A stretch of DNA of 43,662 nt, from contig JWZX01002781.1 in NCBI GenBank assembly GCA_001275005.1, forward strand, positions 1-43,662, read 5' to 3'. Below, piece by piece: positions 21,757-34,067 of the stretch; position 1 is the first letter of the stretch; each line of letters begins with the position of its first letter. The position numbers and the translations under genes are program-made. Below the pieces are notes generated by a model. It had not been told where the DNA came from. It was given only the letters and a program-made list of their open reading frames with translations, and did not search any database. The DNA is from Chrysochromulina tobinii. Taxonomy: Eukaryota.

Positions 21757-22887
21757 GCCGCCGCTGCCGCCGTCTTTGAGGAGGATGCGCTCAAATTGGA
21801 CGTTCAAGAGGACGCGCTTAGTTTGGGCGGGAAGAGGACGCTCAGGAGGACGCGCTCGGGAGGACGCGCTCAATTGAGGACACGCTCTCGTGCCGAGGTG
21901 GTGAGCGCCGTGTGTGCGAGGCGCACGGCGCCGCCGACTGGATGGCAAGAGGACGAGCCGCGACGCGTGGTGAGTGTGCTGTGACAGCATAGCGAGCAGG
22001 GAGGGCCGTGCTGCATTCAGGCAGGCTGTGCTCGATGCATGCATAGGACTGCGTGCACCTCAGGCATGGCAGGGCGCACGTTCTGGGGCGTGATGTGGAG
22101 ATTGATGATTCTGCGACTGCATGGCGGCGGGACGTGGGAGAGTTCGTCAGCGCGCGCTGAATCATTCTGGACACGTGCTCTATGCTCGCCGCTGCCCCCG
22201 GGGCCCGGGGTTTGCTCTCGCGCCTATCTGTGTTTGAATCGTAGCTTGAACGGTGTGCATGCTGTGTGCATTGTTGATGTTGTGCCCCCTCCGCTTCGAC
22301 TCCCGTGGGGAGTGCCTTGTAACGTTGTAAGAGTTCGTGAAACGTGTGAACAGTGTCATTGTCAATACGAGGGTTTCAGAAAGGGCCTAAAAGGGCCCAC
22401 CCCATGCGCGCCAGACCCGGGCCCAGATGATAAGAACAAGGCTCAAGGGGAACGGAAGGGCGAAGGGGAGCGCGCGGCGCGCGCCCGGGCGCGGCGGCCG
22501 GCCCGCGGCCGGGCGAGTGAACGCGGAGCGCGGCGGCCGGCGCCGCGCTGTCGATGGACGACGCGGGCTTTGGCGCGTGTAATGTGGAGAGCTTCGTATT
22601 TTCTCATCGGTCAGCGGCGGCGCCCCCACCAAGCCCGCAAGCCGATCGGTCGACACCCAGGGCGGAGGGCGCACAGTGCACAGTCACGCACTACAACGGC
22701 TTGCAGACGCGCCGTCCGCGTCCCCGCCGGCAGACCAGTGTTTCTCTTGGCGATTCCTCGCCGCGCGGGCACTCTGGCACAAGGTCCCTCGCTGCACCCG
22801 CCGCGCGGCCGTCTGGCAGCCCTCTCCAGATTGCATGCTGCTCCTCCGTGTTGTAGTATAGAAGGCGTAGCAGTTATGTGGGGACTC

Positions 22888-24045
22888 TTACGCCGCGCCC
22901 GCGGTAGGCACGGCGATCGGCTCGGCGGTGATCATGTCTTTCTTCTCCTCCACGATGATTTCCTGAGCACCTTCACGACCAACTCGGCCACCGCCGCCAC
23001 CGCCGCCTCTGCCGCCTCTGCCGCCTCTGCCGCCACTTCTGCCGCTGCCTTCTCAGCCGCCACCTTCTCGGGCGCCGCCTTCGCCTCGGCCGCCGCAGCC
23101 TCAGCTGCCTTCCCCTCGGATTCCCTTGGCCGCCGCCGCCTCGGCCGCTGCCTTCTCAGCCGCCGCCATCTCGGCTGCTGCCGCCTTGGCCGCCGCTGCC
23201 TCGGCCGCCGCCGCCTCGGCCGCCGCCTTCACCGCCGCCGCCGCCTCGATCGCCGCCGCCTTCTGCGTCTTGTACACTCGTTCAGCGTCGAGGTTAGCAG
23301 CGAGGTTAGCAGCAAGCTGGCGGTCGGCCGCCGCCTTGGCCGCCGCCACAGCTGCCGCAGTTTCCTCCGCAGACGGATCGCGGTCGAAGAACCGGCCGAA
23401 AAACTCCCTGATGCCAGCGAGCAGCCCGTTCTCCTCTATGATCGCCGCCAGCTTCGGCGCTGTCGCGCCGCCCTCCTTCGCCTTCTGCATGCATGTGCAG
23501 AACTCATCAAAGCCGATCTTGCCGGAGCCGTCGGCATCAACCTCCTTTACCATCGCGTCGAGCTCCTCCGCGCTCATGATTCGGCCGAACGCACTCATGA
23601 TCTCACCCAGTTTGCTCACGGAGACAGCGCCACTGCCGTCCTTGTCGAAGACGTTTTTGTACGAAGCGAGCACCTCCTCGGAAATCGCGAGCGCGGGTGG
23701 CTCTGGCGCCACCACCTTGGCCGCGGGCTCCACCACCTCGGCCGCCACCACTTCGGGTGCCACCACCTCGGCCGCCACCACTTCGGGTGCCACCACTTCA
23801 GGTGCCACCACCTCGGCCGCGGGCTCCACCACCGCAGCAACAGGCTCCGCCACCATTACCGCGGTCGACGGCTTTGCCACCGGCTTTTCCTCTTCGGTCG
23901 CCACTACCTCAGCCGGGGGCACTACTTCCTCGGTGGACAGTGGCGCCGATTTCAGCACTGGGACCTCCTCAGCGGCAATCGGCTTGAGCTCCTCCGGCTT
24001 CGCGGGGTCTGCGATGACGATGGGGGTAGAAGAGGCGCAGCCCAT
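22888..24045 (-). CDS. N-acylated EF-hand protein with EVVA(P/A) repeats and an Ala/Glu/Lys tail; apparent frameshifts at about 23124 and 22968 (uncorrected frame stops at 23101)
   Basis: MGCASS N-terminus; EF-hand loops DKDGSGAVSVSK (lacks Glu12) and DADGSGKIGFDE; AEK repeats continue past the stop in a shifted frame. Confidence 0.75.
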
Positions 24046-24531
24046 GACTCTCTGTTTCGGGGTTCGCGGGTGTTCTGCGAGCGAGGAATCACACGGGTTG
24101 CGGCACCGGCACCGCGTACTATGACCAGCTCTTAAAAGGCGGCCACATACATGTACTAGTAGATTCACGTCGGAAGGATGCGCAGAATCTATACAAAACG
24201 AGCACATGCATGCAAATCACGGCCGCGACGTCGTAGTGACCATCGCCAGCCGCGACGTAGTTGTGACCAAATTCTCCCAAATTTCAAGTCCGTGTTCAAG
24301 TTCTCCCGTTGTCTGTGGAGCGGCGGCGTTCGTGATGCATGCTGTCAGACACCTCACCTCTCATTCACAAGTGGCAAGCGAAGCGGCATTGCCCGAGCGT
24401 CAAACAGCGTGCTGTGGGGAAAGATTGGTATTACTCGTCAGTGATGCATGCAAGGTTTCGACGACCGTCTTCAAACGCCAAATGGGAAGCCAATACCTTC
24501 TCCCTCGCCACGCGTGTCATAGGTGACCCTG

Positions 24532-26156
24532 ATGCCGTCCCTTGCCACGCGTGTCCTAGGTGAAATGTTGTCGCCTATGCGGAGCCTGAGCTTCCGCCGG
24601 CGAGGCGACAACATCCCGCAGCGCTCAGCGTGCTCGCCAGCGTGTGGCAGCACGCAGAACTGCACCGCTACTGCAGCGTCGCGTTCACCCGCGACACCAG
24701 CCGCCGCCAGCAGCAGCGTTGAGCGCTGGTCGAGCCCAGAGTCGGTCTCGACGCGGCCGCGACGCTTCGATGCTGCAAACAAAGCCCCCGTGCAGGAGCG
24801 CAGCACGCGCGTGTACCAAGAGCGACGGCTGGTGCGCACGGATGACTTAAAGGCCGCCGACTTGAGTCTTTGGCTCCAGCACTGCCGACGTGAGAATGGT
24901 CTGCATAAAGAGCACCTCGAGGCCATCTCGAGACGTATGTATCGAGATGGGCTAGCTCGCAAAGGCGACACCCTGAACGCTGCCGACATGGGTAGTTGGT
25001 TCGAGCACATCCAACGAGAGAACCGTCTGCATAAGGAGCATCTCGAAGCGATCTCGAGACGCATGCATCGAGATGGCCTCATGACCCGCTCCGAGCTGGA
25101 GCGTTGGCTCGAGGGCCCCGAAGAGAATCTGGCGGTGCTCAGCCCCGCGGCTCGCAGTCTGCTCAAGCAACGGCAAGCAGCTACCTCGCCGCACGAGCGG
25201 AGATCACGGGCAGATTCCCCGCCCGAGATGAGAAGAGAGGAGACCACTGAGGAGACCACAGGCGCTGTATTGGGCACTTCCTCGTCCGAGATGAGAAGAG
25301 AGGAGACCGCAGGCGCAGCATCGCCAGGATCATCCTCATCCGCACCACAGCGGCTGCTGCCAGCTGAGTCGCGGCCGTGGCACAATCGTGCCCGCGAGGG
25401 GCTGCGAGATTGTAGAGATCGGACGCACTTGCTGTCGCCACCGATACCAATGCCGCAGCTGCAACTCGGCCAATCGCCCTTGGCATTACCTCCGCCGGCG
25501 CGGCTGCCGCGTCCCCGTGCCGACATCCACTCTCCCGTCACTCCCGCTCCCTTCCACAGCCCCGCTCCTTTCGACCACGACACGGACCAGCACACCAGAG
25601 AGGAGGCCGAGCAAGAGAGATCCTTCTTGCGCGCGCGGCCGCTCGAGGGCGGCGCACTCGTTGCGGCGCGCGTGCGCCTCGGCATCGTCCTCAGACGTCC
25701 ACCGCCCTCGGGCCTCGGCCATGCATTCAAACAGGCGCTCGAACGCGCCGTGGCCGAGGAGCTGAGCGCTCGCGTGCTGCATGCACAGGCTTGTGCAGAC
25801 CAGGACGATGGCACAGATGCGGAGCAGGAGGCTGATAGCCGCGGCACGACAGCCCGCAGCAGCTCAAGCAGCAGCTCCAGCAGCAGCGCCGTACGTGGCG
25901 CGCGCAACCCTCCAAACGTGATCGTGCGCATGAGTGCAAGCGAAGCGCCTGTGCGAGTGCCGACCTTGCACGTGCCCAAGTTGGCCCCCTCGCCCCCCGT
26001 GGCCCCATCGTCGCCGTCCTCTCCGCCGTCCTCTCCGCCGTCCTCTCCGCCGTCCTCTCCGCCGCCAACAGACGAGGAGGCGGAAAGCGCTCACGAGGCC
26101 TCGAGCGGTGTGGCAGCCCAGCAGTACAACAGCGCATGCGGCAGCGGCAGCGGCAG

Positions 26157-26202
<46 letters not shown>

Positions 26203-29200
26203 AGCGGCGCCGACGCACCCGCCACGGCCATCGCCACGTGGCTCGACGTGTGCATCGAAATCGTCGTGGACGCGTCATGCTGGGCGTGGGGATCGGTGCG
26301 ACATCTGGAGGACGAGATGATCGAGCTCGCATCTCCCGCGAGGACGGGAGATTGGTGGCACGCGGCGCTTCACCGGTGCGCCAGTCAAGAGTGCGAGCTG
26401 CACGTTCTGAAGCTCGAGGCACTCCGAAGATTTCGATCCGCGGAAGACGTCGCTGCGGCGCTGCAGGGGATGCAGTCGCGCAGCACGCTGCCGCCGCTCA
26501 CGCTGCCCCTGGCGCTGCCGTCCCCCTCGCCTTCCTCGGTTCCATGGCTGTCGGAGCTACGGACCGCCGTCGATCGTGCAGAGCAGGCCGTGAATGGGGC
26601 CGTGAACGCTCTGGACGGTTGGTTGAGCATCAAGAATGAGGAGGAGGATGCCACGATGAGACTGCTAGAGGAAGGCGACGGCAGTGGTAACCTCTCGCCG
26701 CCCAGAACGCTCATTCGTGTTACTGCCATCGCCCCTGCTGCTGCCGCCCCTGCTGCTGCCGCCCCTGCTGCTTCCGCCCCTGCTGCCGCCCCTGCTGCAG
26801 CCGCCGCCTCGTCGTCCAGCTCCGCAGCCATACACACCAGGGCCACTCTTACGCGCAACTCGGCCGGCCGTTTCGGCGTCTCCTTTCACTCTCCCGGCGA
26901 CGGCACCATTCGGCTCGAACACATCTCAGACGCGCACGACGTGGACGATGAGCGAAAGCTGCTGTGCGTGGGCGACATCGTGCTCTCGATTAACGGGATC
27001 CCGCTCGAGACACCTCGCGAGTCCAAGACAGAGAGCGAGGAGGCGTTTCTCCTCCTGATCGCCCATTCAGGCCAGCACGTGGTGCTACACGTGTGTCGCC
27101 CGAGTGCGACGGTCCCGCGGGAGCTCTCACGGGCCTCCACCGCCATTCCCCTCAAGCTTTGGCGTGGTGCGGCGGATGGTACAGATGATGACGTTGTGGC
27201 TGAAGCCGCCTCAGCTTCCTCTTCCTCAGCCCCTTCGACCGCCGCTGCAACGCTCGAGCCACGAGCGTCGTCGTGGGCGCGCGACTCGCTCACCGTGCGC
27301 GTGCTCGTGGGGGAGCTCTCTACGCGTGTTGAGAGGACTCAGACGTATCACACGCGTCTTCTGGAGCAGCTGGCTCAGTTGTCGTTGATGCTGCAGCTCG
27401 AGCGGCGGGAACGCGAGCTGCTCGAGCTGCTCGAGCGGCGTGAATCCATGGCGGAGCATCGGCACGAGCAGGCGCAGCCGCACACGGCGAGGGACACCCT
27501 GGCGGCGTGGTGCAACGCATGTAGCGACAGCTGGCGCGATCGGCAGCACCTGTGGTTCGCGCGGGCATATGGGAGGGTTCTGCTCGAGACGACGCTCTGG
27601 CGGACGATGTTGGAGGTGAGGTGGGCCATGTTGAAGCTGCAACTGACGCACGCGAGCCTCGAGTGCAATGCAGCCGCCTCAGCTGCCTATGCAGCCACCT
27701 TTGGCCGTGCCGTCGAGGCCATGGGAACCGGCGTCACCTCGAGTGCGAGCTCGATCGGGCGCTGTATCGAGCATATCGCCCACTCGGCCGCCAACGGCTG
27801 CCACATGTATCTCGCCAATGAGCTCGAGCGGCTGGAGCAGCTCGAGACGACGCGGCCGGAGCAGCTCACAGCGGACTCGAGCGCTGGAGCCAGCACAGTT
27901 TGGCGTCAACGTGCGCGCTTCGACCTCCGGGCGGCTGCGACTCGGCGCAAGCTCGATCGGATGCGGTGGTGGGTGCGCTGGCTGCTGCTGCTGCTGCTAC
28001 GAAGTGTGCAGCTGCTGCTCCTTTGCGTTCGTTGCTTGCTCGCCCTACTCTCGCCCCGCGCCTTGATGATTGAGATGCTCATCATCATGGGCTTCGTCGC
28101 CTCGTCGCCTACTACACTGGGGGTCCTGGGCGCAGGGCAGCAGGGCGTCCGAGCAGACGGGCAGGGTTTCCAGAGTGTCGGCCAAAACGTCGGCCACGGC
28201 ATTCAGCAAAGCGTCCAAACTGTCGGCCAGGGCCTGCACACGGTCAGCGGCGCAGTGGGACAGGGGTTTGGGGCGCTCGGTGCACTTGTGAGCAATGCGG
28301 CGGCCGTCTACGTCTTGCAAATTAGCCCGCCTCCGACGCCTTCCCCATTACCATCTTCTTCACCCCTCTCGCCCCGGCTGACCCTGCCGCCGCCGCAGGC
28401 GCCACCTCCGCCACCTTACCCGTCACCGACACATCTGTCTCATTTGAAGCCCTCACCACCCATGCACCCAGCACTTCTGGCAGTTGCCTGGCATACGGTG
28501 GACAGTCTGGGCCTACATAAGGGTCTTACGACCTCATCACCGCCGCCCCTTCCGTTGCCGCCCTCGAAGCCTCCCCTTCAATCTTCGCCACCACCTGCTC
28601 GGTCTTCGCGGCCACCATCCCTAATGCCGCTGCCGCTGCCGCTGCCGCCACGACCGCCGCATTCGCCCTCGCCGCCGCCGCCGTCCCCTTCTGCTGAATC
28701 ATCTCCCCCTCCTTCCTCACCGCCACCGCACCCGCCATCACCCTCGCCGCCGCCACCCTCGCCGCCGCCGCCACCCTCGCCGCCTCCCAGGCCGCCGCCG
28801 CCCTCGCCCTCACCCTCGCCGCCCTATCGGCGTCATACTCCAGTCTTCGAGATTGAAGGGCCCATCAAGCTCGATGGCCACAGTTGCCTTTATCAGGAGA
28901 AGGGCACGCATGCGGCGTTACCTCTCGGACGCACGCCGTATACCATCGAGGCCTGGATACGACCCGCCGCCTCGGGCAATCCGTACGGAGGCATTGTGGG
29001 CTGGGGCGAGTACGGCATCCTGCATGGCGCCAACGCTCTCCGGATGGACGGATACCATTCGGTGGCTTCTTATTACTGGGGCGACGACCTGCACGTGTAC
29101 CCCCACAGTGACGCATTGATCAACCTCATCGACGGCGAATGGCACCACGTCGCCACCACCTTCGACGGTGCGTGGCGGCAGCTCTTTATAGACTTCAAGC

Positions 29201-32200
29201 TTGTTGGCACCAAGGCGTCCGCCGGCCCTACGGAACTTATCTCCAAGGAGAATTTCTGCATCGGGCGCACCTCCACTTCCGAATTCTTCCACGGGGCCAT
29301 CCGCGGCGTGCGCATCTACGACGAGCTCATCGTGCTCATGGCGAACGAATTCTCGCCCTCGCCGCCGCCGCCGCCTCTTCCTCCGTCGTGGCACCGGTTC
29401 TTTGGCACCCATCCGCGAGCGCCACCTCCGCCACCCCACCCATCGCCGCCTCCGCCACCTTCGCCACCTCTACCATCCCCCCCTCCACCGTCACCTCCGC
29501 CGCCGACCCTTCCGCCGCCGTCACCACCACCACCATCGCCTCCACCTCCATCGCCCCCGTTGCCCCTGCCTCCGCATGCGCCACCTCCGCCACCTTACCC
29601 GTCGCCACCACATCCTTCCCCTTTGCCGCCCTCGCCGCCCATGCACCCAGCACTCCTGGCAGTTGCCTGGCATACGGTGGACGCTGGTCTGGGCCTTGCT
29701 TCACTTGCGGCCCTCATCAAGCTGGTGACGGCAGTTGCGTCGGGTCTGATCGCCGCGTGCACGCTCTTGCTCGCGTTCTATGTCTTACTCGGGGCCTTGT
29801 ATGAAAGTGCCTTGTGGCTGTGCGAGCAAATACAATCGTGGCTGCCACAGCCCTCGGACAACGAGTCGCACGAGCTGCTGGTCGAGGACAAGGAGATGGA
29901 CGGCAACAGACTGGCCGACGTGTCCCTGCTGGCCATGGAGCTCAACGCTCATGACGACAGCGTCGAGGTAGAGTCGCCAAAGCGGGGCTTCCTGCCACGG
30001 GCTGAGCTCGAGAGTCCGTCACGGAGATGGGGACTGACAGAGGAACCACCGCTCCGCTCGCCGCTCCCGGCGACCCTCTCTGCTGACGTGCCCTTCGGGC
30101 TGCTGAAGCCAGTTGCGCACCGCCCTTCATACGTGTCGTATGCAGCCACAGGGGAGATCGTGGCGCCGACACTGGCACAGCTGTCTCGATTACCGCCACC
30201 ACCGCCAGCAACGCCGGAGCCGGTCGTGATCGATCCATGGCTAACCGCGACAGACGAGGCCACTGGCGACACATACTACTACAGGGAGTACAGTGGGGAG
30301 TCGCAGTGGGAACCGCCGTGGCGCTTGCCACTAGGGCTCGTCGTGCTCGCATTTGGCGCAACTGAGGAAGGCGAGCTGAGCGTGGCTGTGGGCATGCAGG
30401 TGACGGTACTTGCCGCGGAGGACGATTGGCTCTATGTGGAAGATCAAGGGCGGCGCGAGGGCATGGTCCCGGCTGCATGCGTGCGCCTGCTGCCAGATGG
30501 TGCTGCCGAGCCATCGCCGACGATTGAGCGCACTCGTCTGGCACTGCCCAATTTTGCTGGGTACACCGCTGACGAAACGAGGCGTGAGGCGCCGCCCTTC
30601 GCACAGCTCCGCCTCCTGCGCGAGTCCTTGGACGCTGCCTTAAGCCCCTCGGGGTTGGACGACACAACAGCAGGGCTCGCTCCGGAGCCTTCGGACGGAG
30701 CTGACTTCGAAACGGGCGGACGGGGGCGCAGCGCACAGAAGCCGCCCACGGTGTACATCACGGAGCCGGAGATGGAGCCGGTGCTGATGCAGACGCCTCA
30801 GCCGGAGCCCACCCCGGAGCAGCACGAGCCGACGCCGGAGCTAAAGCCGGAACCGTCTGCAACGGCTGCTTCCCCGGCCACCCATCCGTCTCAGGATATG
30901 TCTCAGGAGGAGGCTCCGATTCCGTCAGCACCTTCATCAGCCCCGGCTTCCCAGTATATGTCTCAGGAGGCTTCGATTCCGTCAGCACCTTCATCAGCCC
31001 CGGCACCTGCATCAGCCCCGGCTGTCGCCGTCGAGCCGATAACGATCGTGCGCACGAGGCCCTTGGTGCCTCCTCTCGTGATCCCTGCCGTACAGGCAGC
31101 TAAGGCAAAGGCTGCGCAGGAGGATGCAGCCGCAGCGGCGAGCGCGCTGGGGGAGGCGGAGCTGGCCGCTTCGGACGCTGCCGAGGTGGCGGCGGCTGAA
31201 GCGCAGGCGGTGGCGTTGGCGGACGGCGAGGGTAGCATGGCTCATTGGGCGGCCGTTACGATGGCCAACACGGCCGGTGCCGTGCATGCGAGCCTTTTGG
31301 GATGGTTCCATTCCATCCAATCGATGGCGACGCCGCCACCGCTACCGCCAGCTGGATGGGAACGTCTGCCAGACGAGGAGGGGGGCGTCGTGTTGGGCGT
31401 CGAGCATGCTCGGGCTGCTGGGTCTGTCGGGTCTGCTGGGTCTGCTGGGTCTGCTGGGTCTGCTGGGTCTGCTGGGGCAGATCGGCCGTCTGACAATCCC
31501 TACGCCGTGCTCTATTGGTGTGAGGGCAGGCCGTTACCGCGTCCCAGCACCCACCTTCTTGCCCGCTGCCGCGGCGTCGCTCACACTCGCGCCCAGGGGG
31601 CTGAGGCAGCCAATGTACACGCGCCCACGTCGGGCGGAGTTGCGAGGAGCCCACCGAAGATGGTTCCGAAGGTGAAGACGATCGCCATCTCGCCTCGCAG
31701 CGCCGGCAGCGGCGGTGGCGAGTGCTTCAACGCAGCGCGTGCTAGGCTGCAAGCTCCGCGCCGAGGCAGCTCCGCGACCCTGATCAACGCGACGCCGAGA
31801 GCAGCCACGGCACGTGAGCACATGTTCGAATTCAAGCCGCCGCCTCCGGTGCCGATGGTGCAGTCGGCACGCCCATCGTTGAACCCGGCCACCGAGCGCA
31901 CGCTGCAACGCCGGGACTCACTCCGACGCCTGTCCGCCTTGCAGCCGGTGAGCCGTCTCGGCGGCCATTGGAAGGCTCGTCCCCGCGACGTGCCCTCATC
32001 CGCCCTCTCTACCCCACGCGTTGCCCCTCCCCCCGGCTCGACCCCTCGGGACGACGCTCGGTACGACGCTCGGTCCGGCTCTACCTCGCACCGAGCCAGC
32101 CTCTCGCCTGCTCCCAGCCAAAGCCTCTCGCCACCCACGGCACCCTCCGAGGAGATGGACGTGGGAGCAGCGAGCCCTGCTCAGGTTGGGTTGGACGCCA

Positions 32201-32991
32201 GAGGTCAGACGAGTAGCCATCGCGCGGGATGCGTGGGTGCTAGAGATGAGACGTCGAGCCTCGGCAAGGGGATCGAGTTGGGCAGAGCCGAACCTGGCAG
32301 GCGAGAGGAGCCAAGCGGCCTGGACTCCCCGCGCGCTGATTGGTCGATACGCACCCCACCGACCGAACGCTCTCTCCTCTCCCCTCCCGACCGAACTGGT
32401 CCTCCCCTCACGCAAACGGGCATGGAGCCATCGCCCAGACTCGAGCTCCTCAGCGAGGAGCCATCCCAAGAGTGTGGAACTGACAAACCTTCGCCGATGG
32501 AGCCATCGCCCAGATTCGAGCTCCTCATCGAGGAGCCATCCCAAGAGTGTGGAACTGACAAACCTTCGCCGATGGAGCCATCGCCCAGATTCGAGCTCCT
32601 CATCGAGGAGCCATCCCAAGAGTGTGGAACTGACGAACCTTCGCCGACCCTATCATCGACCCATTCGCCGAACCTATCGCCAAATCTATCGCCGACCCTG
32701 TCACGGGCGAAACCATTCGCTTCATTGCGGCCCAAGTCTCCCTTCACACCTCCACGGCGTGAACGGCGTGAGGTAGTGCCACCATTCCAAGCACCATTCA
32801 TGGAGGTCCATCCGCTGGCATTGCCGAATCACGCTCGGGACGACGCGCCCGATGACGTGGAGAATGCACGAGGCGCGTGGCGGCAGAGGAGAATGCACGA
32901 GGCGAGAGCGCAATTTGCTGCGAAGCAGAAGGCGCGAGCAACAGCAGCAGGCCAAGGCTCTAGGCGCGACGAGGCGTTTCTGAACGCATGA
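24532..32991 (+). CDS. Giant intronless multidomain membrane protein: PDZ, TM, Pro-rich, LamG/concanavalin-like, Pro-rich, TM, WW, SH3
   Basis: About 2820 uninterrupted codons; PDZ about 26839-27102 (GRFGVSF...VGDIVLSINGIPL); LamG about 28843-29340 (YTIEAWIRP...DGEWHHVATTFDG...FFHGAIRGVRIYD); WW about 30229-30318; SH3 about 30334-30492. Confidence 0.85.
32422..32646 (+). repeat. In-frame 75-bp tandem repeat x3 (MEPSPRxELLxEEPSQECGTDxPSP)
   Basis: Near-identical DNA units. Confidence 0.9.
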
Positions 32992-33368
32992 GCCGCCCAG
33001 CCGCGGCCCGCGCTGGGTGGGTCGTTCAGTGAGGGAGGGGCTTAGATAGCCTCCTAAAAGCACGCTCATGCACGAAAAGTAGACGAAACGGAATGGTTTC
33101 CGTTGCCGGGACGCTGTAACGGGCGCGAGCGTCGCGGAGCTTGTGGGGGTCCGAGCGACGTGCGCGCGCGCGCGCGTCGTGTGAACAACTCAGCATGCGG
33201 AAAGTTGATGTGTGTCGAACTGTCGATTCAACTGACAGAGCTTTTCGCATACCCGTGTGTCGATTCAAATGACCAATTCGCATAGGACTTCCCAGTGTTT
33301 TTGTCGGTTCAAAAACACCGGGTGTGAATTGAGTGAATCGCGTGTGTGGGAGAGAGGGGTTCCTCGCG

Positions 33369-34067
33369 ATGTTGCGTTGCCGATCGATCCTCAGCCGCTT
33401 GGCTGCGCCGACTGCTACTCGCCCAGTTGCCGGCCTCGTCGCGCGGTTCGCATCACCCCTTGATCCCAGCTGGCGCCTTGCGGCCGGCGCATTCGCCATC
33501 GCCGCTGCCACTGCGGCCTCCACCGAGAGCAGCCCCACCACGGCCACTACGGCACCCGTGAGCAAGCCCATCAGGGTGATATGCTTGCACGGCATCAACC
33601 TCAACATGTTCGGGAAGCGCGACCCGGCGATGTACGGCACAGCGACGCTTGACGACATCAACGGCCAACTGCTTTCACTCGCATCGGAGCTTGGCTTGGA
33701 GGTCGAGTGTTTCCAAACCAACCACGAGGGCGAGATTGTGGACAAGATCCACAGCATCCACACGTCTGGTGAGTACGGTGCGGTCCTCATCAATGCCGGC
33801 GCATGGACGCACTACAGCTATGGTCTCCGAGACGCCATCGCCATCCTGAAAATCCCGATCATCGAGGTACATATGAGCAACATTCACGCACGGGAGGACA
33901 TGAAGGGATCGAAAGGCGAGTTGATTCGGCACCACTCCGTGATCTCGCCGCTCGCAAAGGGCATCATCGCCGGCTTTGGCGTTGATAGTTACCTGCTCGG
34001 GCTGCGGGCCGCCGCGCAGGTGCTAACGGGCTCTGGCTCAGGCCCCATGATGAACAAAAAGGAGTGA
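33369..34067 (+). CDS. aroQ: Type II 3-dehydroquinate dehydratase with an N-terminal presequence
   Basis: HGINLNMFGKRDPAMYG, FQTNHEGEIVD, INAGAWTHYSYGLRDA, EVHMSNIHARE, RHHSVIS, GFGVDSYLLGL; catalytic Arg, Tyr and His present. Confidence 0.95.
   Translation: MLRCRSILSRLAAPTATRPVAGLVARFASPLDPSWRLAAGAFAIAAATAASTESSPTTATTAPVSKPIRVICLHGINLNMFGKRDPAMYGTATLDDINGQLLSLASELGLEVECFQTNHEGEIVDKIHSIHTSGEYGAVLINAGAWTHYSYGLRDAIAILKIPIIEVHMSNIHAREDMKGSKGELIRHHSVISPLAKGIIAGFGVDSYLLGLRAAAQVLTGSGSGPMMNKKE

Noticed and set aside
22039..24135. 698-aa plus-strand ORF
   Set aside because: Largely antisense to the EF-hand gene; low-complexity Arg/His translation
24501..24563. 26-bp imperfect direct repeat around the giant ORF start
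   Set aside because: Real, but no splice or regulatory role can be supported from sequence alone
24471..25979. 502-aa minus-strand ORF
   Set aside because: Antisense to the giant ORF with no motifs
31336..31520. Second WW domain in the giant protein (LPPAGWERLPDEEG)
   Set aside because: Only the first half matches and it is interrupted by GSA repeats
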